Virus record (IMG/VR): IMGVR_UViG_3300010361_000026 | Coordinates: 1 to 31,668 of that record | Reading direction: 5' to 3' (one strand) | DNA from: a virus | Lineage: Duplodnaviria; Caudoviricetes | DNA length: 31,668 bases | Part shown: positions 9,787-17,996 of the stretch, piece by piece | Numbering within the stretch: position 1 is the first letter of the stretch | How the letters are laid out: each line of letters starts with the position of its first letter | Notes under the pieces: generated by a model | Databases searched by the model: none | Told to the model about the DNA's origin: nothing | The model's input: the letters and a program-made list of their open reading frames with translations, nothing else | Made by a program: the position numbers and the translations under genes

Positions 9787-10137
9787 ATGAAAAACATCAA
9801 CGAACGATTGGTCTTCTGGATTTGCATCCCGATCATTTTCTGCGTGCTCAACATAATGATCTACGCCGGCAGCTATGGCTGGAACACAGATCCGTCTGAC
9901 GACCCGCGCATTCAAGAAGCCTACGGTTCGATTCTTAACTTAGGACGCAACGCAACGCAACGAGAGGTCAGCGCCGCGGCAATGAACTGGGTTGCAAGCT
10001 CCACCACCGATTACGAGCGCAGGAAAAACTTGCAGCAATACAGTCCCACTCCTTTTGCCACGTCACCGACTCCTGTGCCGTCCCCTACACCTTCGCCTAC
10101 GGCGACAATCACGCCCACCCCCACACCCACACCTTGA
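9787..10137 (+). CDS. Membrane-anchored or exported protein with Pro/Thr/Ser-repeat tail
   Basis: Hydrophobic LVFWICIPIIFCVLNIMIYA segment; C-terminal SPTPFATSPTPVPSPTPSPTATITPTPTPTP. Confidence 0.7.
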   Translation: MKNINERLVFWICIPIIFCVLNIMIYAGSYGWNTDPSDDPRIQEAYGSILNLGRNATQREVSAAAMNWVASSTTDYERRKNLQQYSPTPFATSPTPVPSPTPSPTATITPTPTPTP

Positions 10138-10150
10138 TGCCCGCAAACCT

Positions 10151-10156
10151 TTGACA
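10151..10156 (+). promoter_or_regulatory. YTTGACA motif 17 nt before ATG 10174
   Basis: Intergenic tTTGACActcgcgcacaattcaagATG. Confidence 0.55.
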
Positions 10157-10173
10157 CTCGCGCACAATTCAAG

Positions 10174-11583
10174 ATGCAACGACATGAGCTAAACCTTTAC
10201 GGACAGATTGGCGCGTCCTTTTTCGACGAGGGCAACGACGCAAAATCTGTGGTCGCACAAATCAAGGCCGCTGGGGCTTTACCTATCGACGTGCACATCC
10301 ACTCTGCCGGGGGGAGCGTTTTTGATGGCTACACCATTTACAACGCGCTCGCGGGCCACGCACCCGGCGTGGATGTTTATATTGACGGGGTGGCGGCTTC
10401 CATTGCGGCTTACGTAGCAATGGCCGGCCAAAAGGTAACAATGGCCGACAACGCCATGCTTATGATACACAACCCCACAATCGATACCGGCGGTCGCATG
10501 GATGGCAAGACCATGAAGCGGCAAATGGAACTTCTAGATAAGGTAACGCAATCTTACGCAGATGCTTTTGTTAAACGCGGCGTCCTCACGGAGGATCAGG
10601 TCAAAAAGATGATGGCGGACGAGACGTGGTTCACGGCGCCGGAGGCGCTTCTTGCGGGGCTAGTCGACGATATCTCACCGGAACTTGCGCTTGCGGCCAG
10701 TTTTGACCTCTCGGAATTTAAGCACACGCCTCCAGAGATTTTGGCGCAAGCCGGCACAAAGCCATCAAAAAAGCCGGGCTCTCCGCAAAGTCCACCTAAA
10801 GGCTACCCGCAAAGCAAAGACCAATACGCCGACCCTGAGAATTACAAGTACCCAATCGACACAGAGGCGCACACAAGGGCCGCGTGGTCTTACATAAACA
10901 AAAGCGAAAACCGCAGCGGCTACAGCGCAAGCGAACTCACTTACATGGAAAACCGCATCAAGAGCGCAGCAAAAAAATTTGGGATCAAAATCGCGGAAGA
11001 AAAAAGCAAAGAAACAGAGGGTCGTTTTGACATTAGCGCAACCGGCATGGATAAACTAATTGCGCAGGACACCCCACCGGAAACTCCCGAGCCAGCGCCA
11101 GAGCCAGCGCCGCCACCGCCACCTCCGGAGGAGGAACAGCCCAGCACCTTGGACAAGCTGAGGGCAATGCTTAAGCCAAAAGCGGATTTGCAAGCGGAAA
11201 TCTCGCGCTTGAAAAGCCAAATTGACGTGCGTAATGCTTCCATCGTGCAATTAAACGCCGAGATCGCTGCCTTAAGGGCCGAGGCGGCGGAATTGCCGGC
11301 AATCAAAAAGCTTGTGGCGGAATTAGAGGCGGAACGGAAAAGTGTGGATGCCGCTGCGGCCGACAAAGTTGCAGCGCTAGGTTTCCCATCAAAAGACCTA
11401 CCGGCGGCCTCTCCGGATAAAGAGGAGAAGAAAAAAGAGGAAGTTCCCACGGCAAAGGCGCTTCTCGAGGAGCTTAACAAAATCACTGACCCGATGGAAT
11501 TTACAAGAGCTTACAACAGATTGCGGCCAAAAATTCAGGCCGCGTGGCAAGCGTCAAAGGCATCTGGCACTTTGACACCTTAA
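10174..11583 (+). CDS. ClpP-type prohead protease fused to an extra domain and a scaffold region
   Basis: IHSAGGSVFDG, GVAASIA (catalytic Ser), MIHNP (His) and ETWF motifs, followed by a Pro-rich linker and coiled coil. Confidence 0.92.
   Translation: MQRHELNLYGQIGASFFDEGNDAKSVVAQIKAAGALPIDVHIHSAGGSVFDGYTIYNALAGHAPGVDVYIDGVAASIAAYVAMAGQKVTMADNAMLMIHNPTIDTGGRMDGKTMKRQMELLDKVTQSYADAFVKRGVLTEDQVKKMMADETWFTAPEALLAGLVDDISPELALAASFDLSEFKHTPPEILAQAGTKPSKKPGSPQSPPKGYPQSKDQYADPENYKYPIDTEAHTRAAWSYINKSENRSGYSASELTYMENRIKSAAKKFGIKIAEEKSKETEGRFDISATGMDKLIAQDTPPETPEPAPEPAPPPPPPEEEQPSTLDKLRAMLKPKADLQAEISRLKSQIDVRNASIVQLNAEIAALRAEAAELPAIKKLVAELEAERKSVDAAAADKVAALGFPSKDLPAASPDKEEKKKEEVPTAKALLEELNKITDPMEFTRAYNRLRPKIQAAWQASKASGTLTP
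11047..11583 (+). CDS. Probable nested scaffolding protein (in-frame internal start)
   Basis: In-frame ATG 11047 (MDKLIAQD...) lies 14 nt after TTGACA. The downstream part is coiled-coil; analogous to lambda C/Nu3. Confidence 0.5.
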   Translation: MDKLIAQDTPPETPEPAPEPAPPPPPPEEEQPSTLDKLRAMLKPKADLQAEISRLKSQIDVRNASIVQLNAEIAALRAEAAELPAIKKLVAELEAERKSVDAAAADKVAALGFPSKDLPAASPDKEEKKKEEVPTAKALLEELNKITDPMEFTRAYNRLRPKIQAAWQASKASGTLTP

Positions 11584-11604
11584 GACTTACAACAACCGCT
11601 CCTT

Positions 11605-12486
11605 ATGGCAACCTATACCAACCTCTCTGACATCAACTTTGCTCAACAAGCGCTGCAAGGTTTCGTGGCGACGCTTTTGCCACTCAATCAATTCAGTACC
11701 AATTTTGAGCCAACACCCATCCCGCCCGGCAATACGGTGATCGTGCCCTTGATCGGTTCGCTCACGGCCACCACCTTTGGAGGCAACTACGCAATTTGCG
11801 GTGGCACCATGACCGGCATCACTGTGGTAATCAACCGCCATAAGCACATCCCCATCGGGCAAAGCGATTTAACGCGCGCCTCAAGCTCTTGGGCGCAACT
11901 CGACAGATTCGCATTCCAGCAGGGAGCCGGTCTTGCGCTTGCGGTCTTGCAGGATGTTTTGTCTCTTGTCACAAGCGCAAACTTTGTCCTCGCGACTAGC
12001 GTGGCCAATCAATCCTTCGGCATAGCGCAAATCCTAAAGGCCCGCTTGGATTTGAACAACAACAAAGCGCCTTTCCCTAACCGCTCCTTGGTGCTTGATG
12101 TGGCGCCCTACAACTCGCTACTCACGCTTACCAATTTTATTCAGGTGCAAGCTTTCGGCTCGCGCACACCCATCGTCGAGGCGCAAATCCCTCGCGCGCT
12201 TGGTTTTGATATTTTTGAGACTAACGGTTTGCCCGGCTCAAACAGCATCATGGGATTTGCCGCGGTGCCGAGCGCGATTGCGATTGCCATCCGCTACCTG
12301 CAGCCCGGTAGCGATCAGTACTACATCGATGCGCGCCCAGTTGCCGATCCCAATACGGGCGCAACCTTTGGCTACAGACGGCACTACGATCCCAATACCG
12401 GCAACGAATACATCAACCTTGAATGCAATTACGGTTACGCCGCTGGGATCACGCAAGGCCTCGAATTCTTTCAACGCACCGATTAG
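11605..12486 (+). CDS. Major capsid protein
   Basis: 293 aa directly after protease/scaffold. GNTVIVP, 'L.NNKAP..NRSLVL' and ALGFDIFET patterns are typical of HK97-fold capsid proteins. Confidence 0.85.
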   Translation: MATYTNLSDINFAQQALQGFVATLLPLNQFSTNFEPTPIPPGNTVIVPLIGSLTATTFGGNYAICGGTMTGITVVINRHKHIPIGQSDLTRASSSWAQLDRFAFQQGAGLALAVLQDVLSLVTSANFVLATSVANQSFGIAQILKARLDLNNNKAPFPNRSLVLDVAPYNSLLTLTNFIQVQAFGSRTPIVEAQIPRALGFDIFETNGLPGSNSIMGFAAVPSAIAIAIRYLQPGSDQYYIDARPVADPNTGATFGYRRHYDPNTGNEYINLECNYGYAAGITQGLEFFQRTD

Positions 12487-12523
12487 AAATTTCATTCGCC
12501 ATCGATAAAGGGTTCAGACAGAT

Positions 12524-12558
12524 AAAACGGTCGTGCTTGCGCCAGCGCGACCGTTTTT
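12524..12558 (+). terminator. Probable intrinsic terminator after the capsid gene
   Basis: AAAACGGTCGTGCT-tgcgcc-AGCGCGACCGTTTT hairpin ending in a T5 run, 4 nt before ATG 12563. Confidence 0.7.
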
Positions 12559-12562
12559 AGTT

Positions 12563-14794
12563 ATGGCAGGTACGATTTCGCTTTGCCTAATAGCGGGCAA
12601 CGTCGAGGAATACATTGATCGATGCCTCACGTCCTTTAGCGCGATTGCCGATGAGATTTGCGTGGTGCGCGCAATAGGGACGCAAAAGCCAGATGAGACC
12701 CTCGAGATTGCATCGGCTAAGTTCGGTGCCATCACCGCAGAATACAAAAACGGCGGGTTAGTGCATCCCAAAGATGGCCCATCAGAGGAGTGGCCGCACA
12801 TAGATAATTTCGCGGCCGCGCGACAACAAAGCTTTGACCTCGCAAGCGGCGATTACATTTTCTGGTGCGACACAGACGATGTCCTTCTGTGCGGTGCCGA
12901 GTTTGTTAGGATGCACGCCGCAAACAACGGCTATCCCGCTTTTATGTTTCGCTACGACGTCTTTGGCCGCGGGGTCGATATCTCCCGCGAGCGAATGATT
13001 TTGCGCGGCTCCGGGCGATGGAAACATCCCGTGCACGAATGCTTCGATTTTAACTTGCCCCCCAAAGGCGTGGAGGATCAACGCGTCGTTGTGCGCCACT
13101 TGCCCTCCACGCACAAAACGGGATCGCTTGACCGCAATGTGCGCATCATGGAGTCAATCCCGGAGGCGCAACTTGTCCCTGGATTGATTTACCACATGCA
13201 TGGCGAACTCATGGGCTATCCCGAACGACAAGAGGAGGCGGTTGCGTGGGGCAAGCGCGCTTTCGAGCATCCGGAGATGGGAAAAGCGGAGCGCTATGAG
13301 ATTTGCCTTAACCTAGGACGCATAAGCAAAAAACCACAGGTGGCCGCAGCGTTTTACCACCAAGCCTACGCCGTTGACCCTTGCCGCCGGGAGGCGCTTG
13401 GACTTTTGTGCTCAAGCGCCCTTGATTTTGGCCGCAACGAGGAGGCCTACGCTTACGCGCGCCAGATGCTGGCCACCACGCCTCCGCAAGAGAAAAGTTG
13501 GAACGATAGACCCGCGGCCTACGCGTGGCTCGGTATCGACATTTTCACGCAAGCCCTTCGCATGAATAACATGGCGGAAGAGGCGGAACGTTGCCGCTTG
13601 CGCGTGCTACACGATTCCGGCGGCCCCATCATCTCGCTGATCCACGCCACGCGTGGCCGACCGCGACAAGCCTGCATCGCGCGCAAGGCGTGGTTTGACC
13701 TCGCGGAGCGTCCGGATCGTATCGAACACATTTTTGTCATGGACGCGGAGGATGAGGCAAGCTACCCGCTGCGTCGCATGTACAACGGCGTGGTGACGCA
13801 CAAAGATGCGGGCCCCGTTGCGGCATGGAACCTGGGCGCCGCAATGACTTGCGGGCAGATCATGGTGCAATTATCCGATGATTGGACACCGGTGCCGCGG
13901 TGGGATGCCTTAATCGAGGAGCGCCTCGGCGACCTTTCCCACCCTAAAGTGCTCGCAATCTCGGACGGCGCGCGCAAGGATGACCTCCTTTGCATGGCAA
14001 TCTGCACGCGCGCCTATTACGCTTTGGACTGGTTCTTTTTTCATCCCCGCTTTTTCTCCATGTTTTCTGATAATTGGTTTACCCGAGAGGCTTACCGCAG
14101 AGGCGTGGTGGTGCAAGCCCGCGATTTAGTCTTTACGCACCGGCACCCATTTTTTACCGAAACAACAGAATTTGACGCAGTATACCAGCGCTCCAATGCA
14201 AAAGAGCACTTCGAACAAGGCCAAAAGGTGATGGACTTTCTCGCAAGCGGCCGAGATTGGTCTTCGGTGCACGGATGGTTTAATTATTGGCCGTTCTATC
14301 AAGCCGTGGCGGCAAATCTAAAGGACGGCGACACCGTGGCGGAGGTAGGAACGTGGCTAGGACGCTCTCTAATCTTTTTGGCGCAAGAATGCCAACGCCT
14401 AGGCAAAAGCGTTAAGCTTTACGCCGTGGACAGTTACCGCGGCGAAGAGAATCAAAAAGAACAGTTAGATGTGGTGGGGCAACACGGTGGCAGCATTTTG
14501 CGCGCTTTTGAGCGCAACATTGGGCGGTGCGGGGTGGCGGACATGATTGCAATACTCGTGGGAGATAGCGCCGAAATGGCCGATCTAATTGACAACGAGG
14601 CGCTCGCTTTTTGCTTCATCGATGCCGCGCACGATAAAGATAGCGTGCGCAAGGACATCAAAGCGTGGTTGCCTAAATTAAAAAAGGGCGGTATGCTTGC
14701 AGGTCATGACGCGCAACATGCTCCGGTGATGGAGGCCGTGACGGAGCGCTTCCCTAATGCTCAAGTAGTGGGGCCCGTATGGATAGCAGCTTGA
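12563..14794 (+). CDS. Multidomain GT2 glycosyltransferase-TPR-GT2-like-SAM methyltransferase
   Basis: ISLCLIA..NFAAAR..IFWCDTDD..VHE (GT-A); TPR-like helices (YHQAYAVDPCRREAL); ISLIHATRGRP..VQLSDDW..FSDNWF (second GT-A); EVGTWLGRS..FIDAAH..GGMLAGHD (Methyltransf_24-like). Start moved to ATG 12563, after the hairpin. Confidence 0.88.
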   Translation: MAGTISLCLIAGNVEEYIDRCLTSFSAIADEICVVRAIGTQKPDETLEIASAKFGAITAEYKNGGLVHPKDGPSEEWPHIDNFAAARQQSFDLASGDYIFWCDTDDVLLCGAEFVRMHAANNGYPAFMFRYDVFGRGVDISRERMILRGSGRWKHPVHECFDFNLPPKGVEDQRVVVRHLPSTHKTGSLDRNVRIMESIPEAQLVPGLIYHMHGELMGYPERQEEAVAWGKRAFEHPEMGKAERYEICLNLGRISKKPQVAAAFYHQAYAVDPCRREALGLLCSSALDFGRNEEAYAYARQMLATTPPQEKSWNDRPAAYAWLGIDIFTQALRMNNMAEEAERCRLRVLHDSGGPIISLIHATRGRPRQACIARKAWFDLAERPDRIEHIFVMDAEDEASYPLRRMYNGVVTHKDAGPVAAWNLGAAMTCGQIMVQLSDDWTPVPRWDALIEERLGDLSHPKVLAISDGARKDDLLCMAICTRAYYALDWFFFHPRFFSMFSDNWFTREAYRRGVVVQARDLVFTHRHPFFTETTEFDAVYQRSNAKEHFEQGQKVMDFLASGRDWSSVHGWFNYWPFYQAVAANLKDGDTVAEVGTWLGRSLIFLAQECQRLGKSVKLYAVDSYRGEENQKEQLDVVGQHGGSILRAFERNIGRCGVADMIAILVGDSAEMADLIDNEALAFCFIDAAHDKDSVRKDIKAWLPKLKKGGMLAGHDAQHAPVMEAVTERFPNAQVVGPVWIAA

Positions 14795-15375
14795 CACCAC
14801 CGCCAATCCTCTCAATCTTAACCCCAGCCGTTCCATCGCGTATCTTTGCGATTAACGTTTTGCAAAAAGCGCTGGCAGATCAAATAGGGACGCGGCCAGT
14901 CGAGCACTTGGTCTTGGTGGACAACAAGCGTCGCACGGTGGGCGAGAAGCGCGATGCGCTATTGCGCGCCGCGCGCGGCACTTACGTTGCCTTTGTGGAT
15001 GATGACGACATGGTGGCGCCCAATTACGTAGCCGAATTGCTCAAGGCCTCAACACAACAACCGGACGTGATTACCTTTTGCCAGCAAGCCAGGGTTAATG
15101 GCGAGCCCGCCACGGTTGAGTTTAAACTTGGCAACGGCAACGAGCCTTTTAAGCCAGACGTGGTAGTGAAACGCAATGCGTGGCACGTGTGCGCGTGGGT
15201 GCGCACTCTCGCAATTCAAAGCCATTTTCCTGCCGTTAATTATGGCGAGGATTGGGCGTTCGCGGAGCCGCTTTGCAAGCTTGCCAAAAAAGAGGTGCAC
15301 ATCCCACAGGTGCTTCACTACTATCGCCACTCCACGGAACACTCGGAGGCGCCGCCACCGGAGCGCATTTTATGA
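14791..15375 (+). CDS. GT2-family glycosyltransferase
   Basis: LSILTP..GEKRDALL..ARGTYVAFVDDDD..YGEDWAF motifs. Start is TTG 14791 (TTGA overlap) or ATG 14779. Confidence 0.88.
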   Translation: MTPPPILSILTPAVPSRIFAINVLQKALADQIGTRPVEHLVLVDNKRRTVGEKRDALLRAARGTYVAFVDDDDMVAPNYVAELLKASTQQPDVITFCQQARVNGEPATVEFKLGNGNEPFKPDVVVKRNAWHVCAWVRTLAIQSHFPAVNYGEDWAFAEPLCKLAKKEVHIPQVLHYYRHSTEHSEAPPPERIL

Positions 15376-15611
15376 CCATGTATTTTCGCACCGAAGAGAT
15401 GGCGCACAGTTTCCTCGCGCTTTGCTCCGAGCGCGCTATACGCGCGCACGTGACGCGCACGGGTCGCAAGTTGATTGTGGAAGCGGATGTGCCTCGCGGG
15501 GCGGCCCGCAGCAAATTTATTTCGGCATGGAGCGCCCGGAGCATGGAAGTGCCCGGGCGCCCTAGGCCAGATGATCCACAACTATCGTTGCGCTTTGCGC
15601 CACGCGCGTAG
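15372..15611 (+). CDS. Hypothetical protein
   Basis: ATG 15372 overlaps the GT stop (ATGA); 79 aa; its 3' end overlaps the convergent gene. Confidence 0.5.
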   Translation: MTMYFRTEEMAHSFLALCSERAIRAHVTRTGRKLIVEADVPRGAARSKFISAWSARSMEVPGRPRPDDPQLSLRFAPRA

Positions 15612-16052
15612 CTTCCGGATGGCGTAGCTCTCCGTGTCGATCTCGGAATACCGACCACGCGCGCCCCACGCGTAGCCCGATTTGTTGCGCGCTTTGCCTT
15701 GCCACAAGTGACGCAACTCGTGCGCAGCGAGGTAAACTAGACACTCAATTCGGTCGGCAATGTAGTATCGCTTGCCCTTTAGTTGCCCATACTGATAGGT
15801 TTGGTGCTTGCGCGGGTACATCCATCGTTGGTAACGTACCACGCCATCGCGCTTTGCCGTAAAGATGACGACTTGAGGAGCGACGCGGAGCAAGACGCGG
15901 TTGGGTCGCCCAGGCTCGGCGTGCCCTCCGCAGTGCCAGTGTGATCGATTTTGCACCGCGACCCTCACATTGGTTAAGCCCGGAGGCATCACAAAGCGTA
16001 GCACCTCGCGCACGACGTCGTTCGGTATGTCGGTCGTATTAGTTAGGCGCAT
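15582..16052 (-). CDS. Basic HExxH zinc-metallopeptidase-like protein
   Basis: YLAAHELRHLWQ with downstream SEIDTESYA; GGAGG ribosome-binding site upstream. Confidence 0.75.
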   Translation of the reverse strand: MRLTNTTDIPNDVVREVLRFVMPPGLTNVRVAVQNRSHWHCGGHAEPGRPNRVLLRVAPQVVIFTAKRDGVVRYQRWMYPRKHQTYQYGQLKGKRYYIADRIECLVYLAAHELRHLWQGKARNKSGYAWGARGRYSEIDTESYAIRKLRAWRKAQR

Positions 16053-16054
16053 CT

Positions 16055-16264
16055 TTATTCCACCTCCTTCCAGATCTCTTTGTCCAGCCTTGCAATCTCT
16101 GCCGCCTTAGCCGCATCGCGCGCTCTGAAGTATTCCGCCGTCTTGCGTGCCTCCTCTTTGCGCTTTTCCGCCACGCGTGCAAAGGCCGCTTGCGCTGAGG
16201 GCGTCATCCACCATTTGCTCAGTTGCGTCCGCTCGCCAGCTTTAGTTGTGTGGTCTTTTGCCAT
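16055..16264 (-). CDS. Hypothetical helical protein (leaderless start)
   Basis: Likely start ATG 16264 (MAKDHTT...), 5 nt downstream of TGcTATATT. Confidence 0.6.
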   Translation of the reverse strand: MAKDHTTKAGERTQLSKWWMTPSAQAAFARVAEKRKEEARKTAEYFRARDAAKAAEIARLDKEIWKEVE

Positions 16265-16312
16265 GCACCAATATAGCATACCGGAAAATGCTTTTTGCAT
16301 ATTTAAGCATGA
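16265..16312 (-). promoter_or_regulatory. Extended -10 promoter for the inverted cassette
   Basis: Minus strand reads tcatgcttaaatatgcaaaaagcattttccggtaTGcTATATTggtgcATG. Shares elements with the promoters at 26656 and 28140. Confidence 0.55.
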
Positions 16313-16396
16313 TTAGGGCGCATCCGTGGAATTCCTCCTAGCAAAAAAAAGTTAAAAAAAGTTGTTGCTCCGCTTTTTGCCTTTTTGCCCTTGGGC

Positions 16397-16402
16397 TTGA
16401 CA
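16397..16402 (+). promoter_or_regulatory. YTTGACA motif 15 nt before ATG 16418
   Basis: cTTGACAacgcggccatttccgATG at the head of the neck/tail gene run. Confidence 0.55.
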
Positions 16403-16417
16403 ACGCGGCCATTTCCG

Positions 16418-16774
16418 ATGTCCCTGCAATCGCAAGTCACGACTTTGCTCGAGATGGGTATGAGCGACCGAATCGCAATGTTCGGCAAGACCGGACGCAT
16501 GAAAGATCAGGACGCTAATCCCACGCGCACTTTTAATTGTTACTACACGCCCGTGCGTTCCAGCGAGCAGTTAACGGAGGCCTTGTTTAAGGAGATTCAC
16601 GACTCCATCGTCCGCGTCCCTAAGACCGAGCAGTGGGCGGACGCCACGGTGGGCAAAGAGCTTACGCTAATTGCCGGCCACAACGATGGCACCGATCTAA
16701 AGCTCCGCATCTCCGAGCTTGGGCATTCCACCATTAACCCCGAGTTCGTGCTGGGCTGCAAAAACCTCTTCTAG
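16418..16774 (+). CDS. Putative head-closure / head-tail adaptor
   Basis: First gene of the neck run; size and beta-rich sequence fit the gpFII-like position. Start taken at ATG 16418. Confidence 0.5.
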   Translation: MSLQSQVTTLLEMGMSDRIAMFGKTGRMKDQDANPTRTFNCYYTPVRSSEQLTEALFKEIHDSIVRVPKTEQWADATVGKELTLIAGHNDGTDLKLRISELGHSTINPEFVLGCKNLF

Positions 16775-16778
16775 GGCT

Positions 16779-17462
16779 ATGGCTTTCGAGGGCGGTATGC
16801 AATTAACAATCAGCGTGAACGATGCGCAACTCGTGCAAAAGACGGCGGAGATGGCGCGTGCCACGGGTCGCACGATTGCGGAACAATCACGCGCAACCAT
16901 GAAGGGCATCCTCAAATACATTATCACCTACACCCCGCCCGCAAGCGCAAAGGCGCAAGGCAAAGCGGCGCAAGGCGCCGGGCAAGTGGCCATTGTGCGC
17001 GATATGAAAAAGCTTTTTTACGCCGTGGATTTTAAGGGCGAACGCACAGAGAAATATCCGGATCCGCACGCCCTGCATCGTCAAGCTTTTGCCGGCGGTG
17101 GCAAAATGGTGGCGCCCACAAGGCGTTACCACGTTGATCGCGCAAAACTCACGGCACTCAAAACAACATTGCAGCGCAACGTCGGACTTCTAGCCTCCGG
17201 ATGGGCGCCCGCCGCTCAAACGCTTGATATTCCAATCCCTGCCTGGGTTGCTAGGTGGTCTGGATCTGGACGCGGCACGGATCTCATAACTAGGCAACAA
17301 GCTACGAAGCTCACCCTAGAAGTTACAAACCACATTCCAACAGAGGCGGGCGTAATAGCAGCGCAACTCCGTCGATTAGTTGACTTCGCAAAACGAGCGC
17401 AACTGAATTCCATGATCCGGCAGTTGCCTTACATCTTAAATCGTGCACTTAGAGAGCACTGA
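16779..17462 (+). CDS. Putative neck/tail completion protein
   Basis: Basic protein with ITYTPP and VGLLASGW motifs, in the gpZ/HK97 gp10-like position. Start ATG 16779. Confidence 0.55.
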   Translation: MAFEGGMQLTISVNDAQLVQKTAEMARATGRTIAEQSRATMKGILKYIITYTPPASAKAQGKAAQGAGQVAIVRDMKKLFYAVDFKGERTEKYPDPHALHRQAFAGGGKMVAPTRRYHVDRAKLTALKTTLQRNVGLLASGWAPAAQTLDIPIPAWVARWSGSGRGTDLITRQQATKLTLEVTNHIPTEAGVIAAQLRRLVDFAKRAQLNSMIRQLPYILNRALREH

Positions 17463-17465
17463 AAA

Positions 17466-17948
17466 ATGGCGTCGCCATCTATTCAACTCGATCTAGAGAA
17501 CGCACTTAAAAGCTACCTAACAGGGATTTCGCTTTTCGTGCCGGCGGTGCCCGTATTTGCCTCTCATGGGACAGAGAGCGCGGCGGACGGCACCTACGTC
17601 TCAATCAAAGCGGAGCCACCAGATTGGTATGCCCTAGGCGGCTACAACGCGCAAATCAATGTGGTTTTCGAGTTTGGCACCAAAGTTAGCGACCCCGACG
17701 TGCGCAACGCCGCCGACATAGCGCACTCCGTTCGCACGGGCAACTTAATTGAGTGGCTCTCGATGCAAAATTTTGCGCAAGCCAAGGGGCAACTTAACGC
17801 CCCGGCGTTTCCAATACCCGACACGCGACCGTGGAAAGGCCTCGGCTTCAGCGCGTGGGAGGAAATGGCCCCTCCGGCAGAGGAACGGTCAGAAACGCAA
17901 ATCATAACGCGGCTCGCATACGAGTTCATTGTTCAATTAGAGTCTTGA
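17466..17948 (+). CDS. Putative tail terminator
   Basis: 160 aa immediately before the tail tube gene; synteny only. Confidence 0.5.
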   Translation: MASPSIQLDLENALKSYLTGISLFVPAVPVFASHGTESAADGTYVSIKAEPPDWYALGGYNAQINVVFEFGTKVSDPDVRNAADIAHSVRTGNLIEWLSMQNFAQAKGQLNAPAFPIPDTRPWKGLGFSAWEEMAPPAEERSETQIITRLAYEFIVQLES

Positions 17949-17996
17949 GATTTGACAACCGCAGATCCAGCAGCAACTTTTAACCTCTAAAACCTT

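Noticed and set aside
10040-10134. Low-complexity CC-rich repeats as a CRISPR or VNTR
   Set aside because: Degenerate codons for the Pro/Thr tail; no repeat-spacer pattern. I saw no CRISPR array, tRNA or rRNA in the window.
12346-12402. GATCCCAATAC.GGC repeated twice in the capsid gene
   Set aside because: It only encodes DPNTG twice; there is no array structure.
14589-14796. TTGACA at 14589 and 14791 as members of the motif set
   Set aside because: 14589 is inside a CDS with no suitably spaced start; 14791 is explained by the TTG/TGA start-stop overlap.
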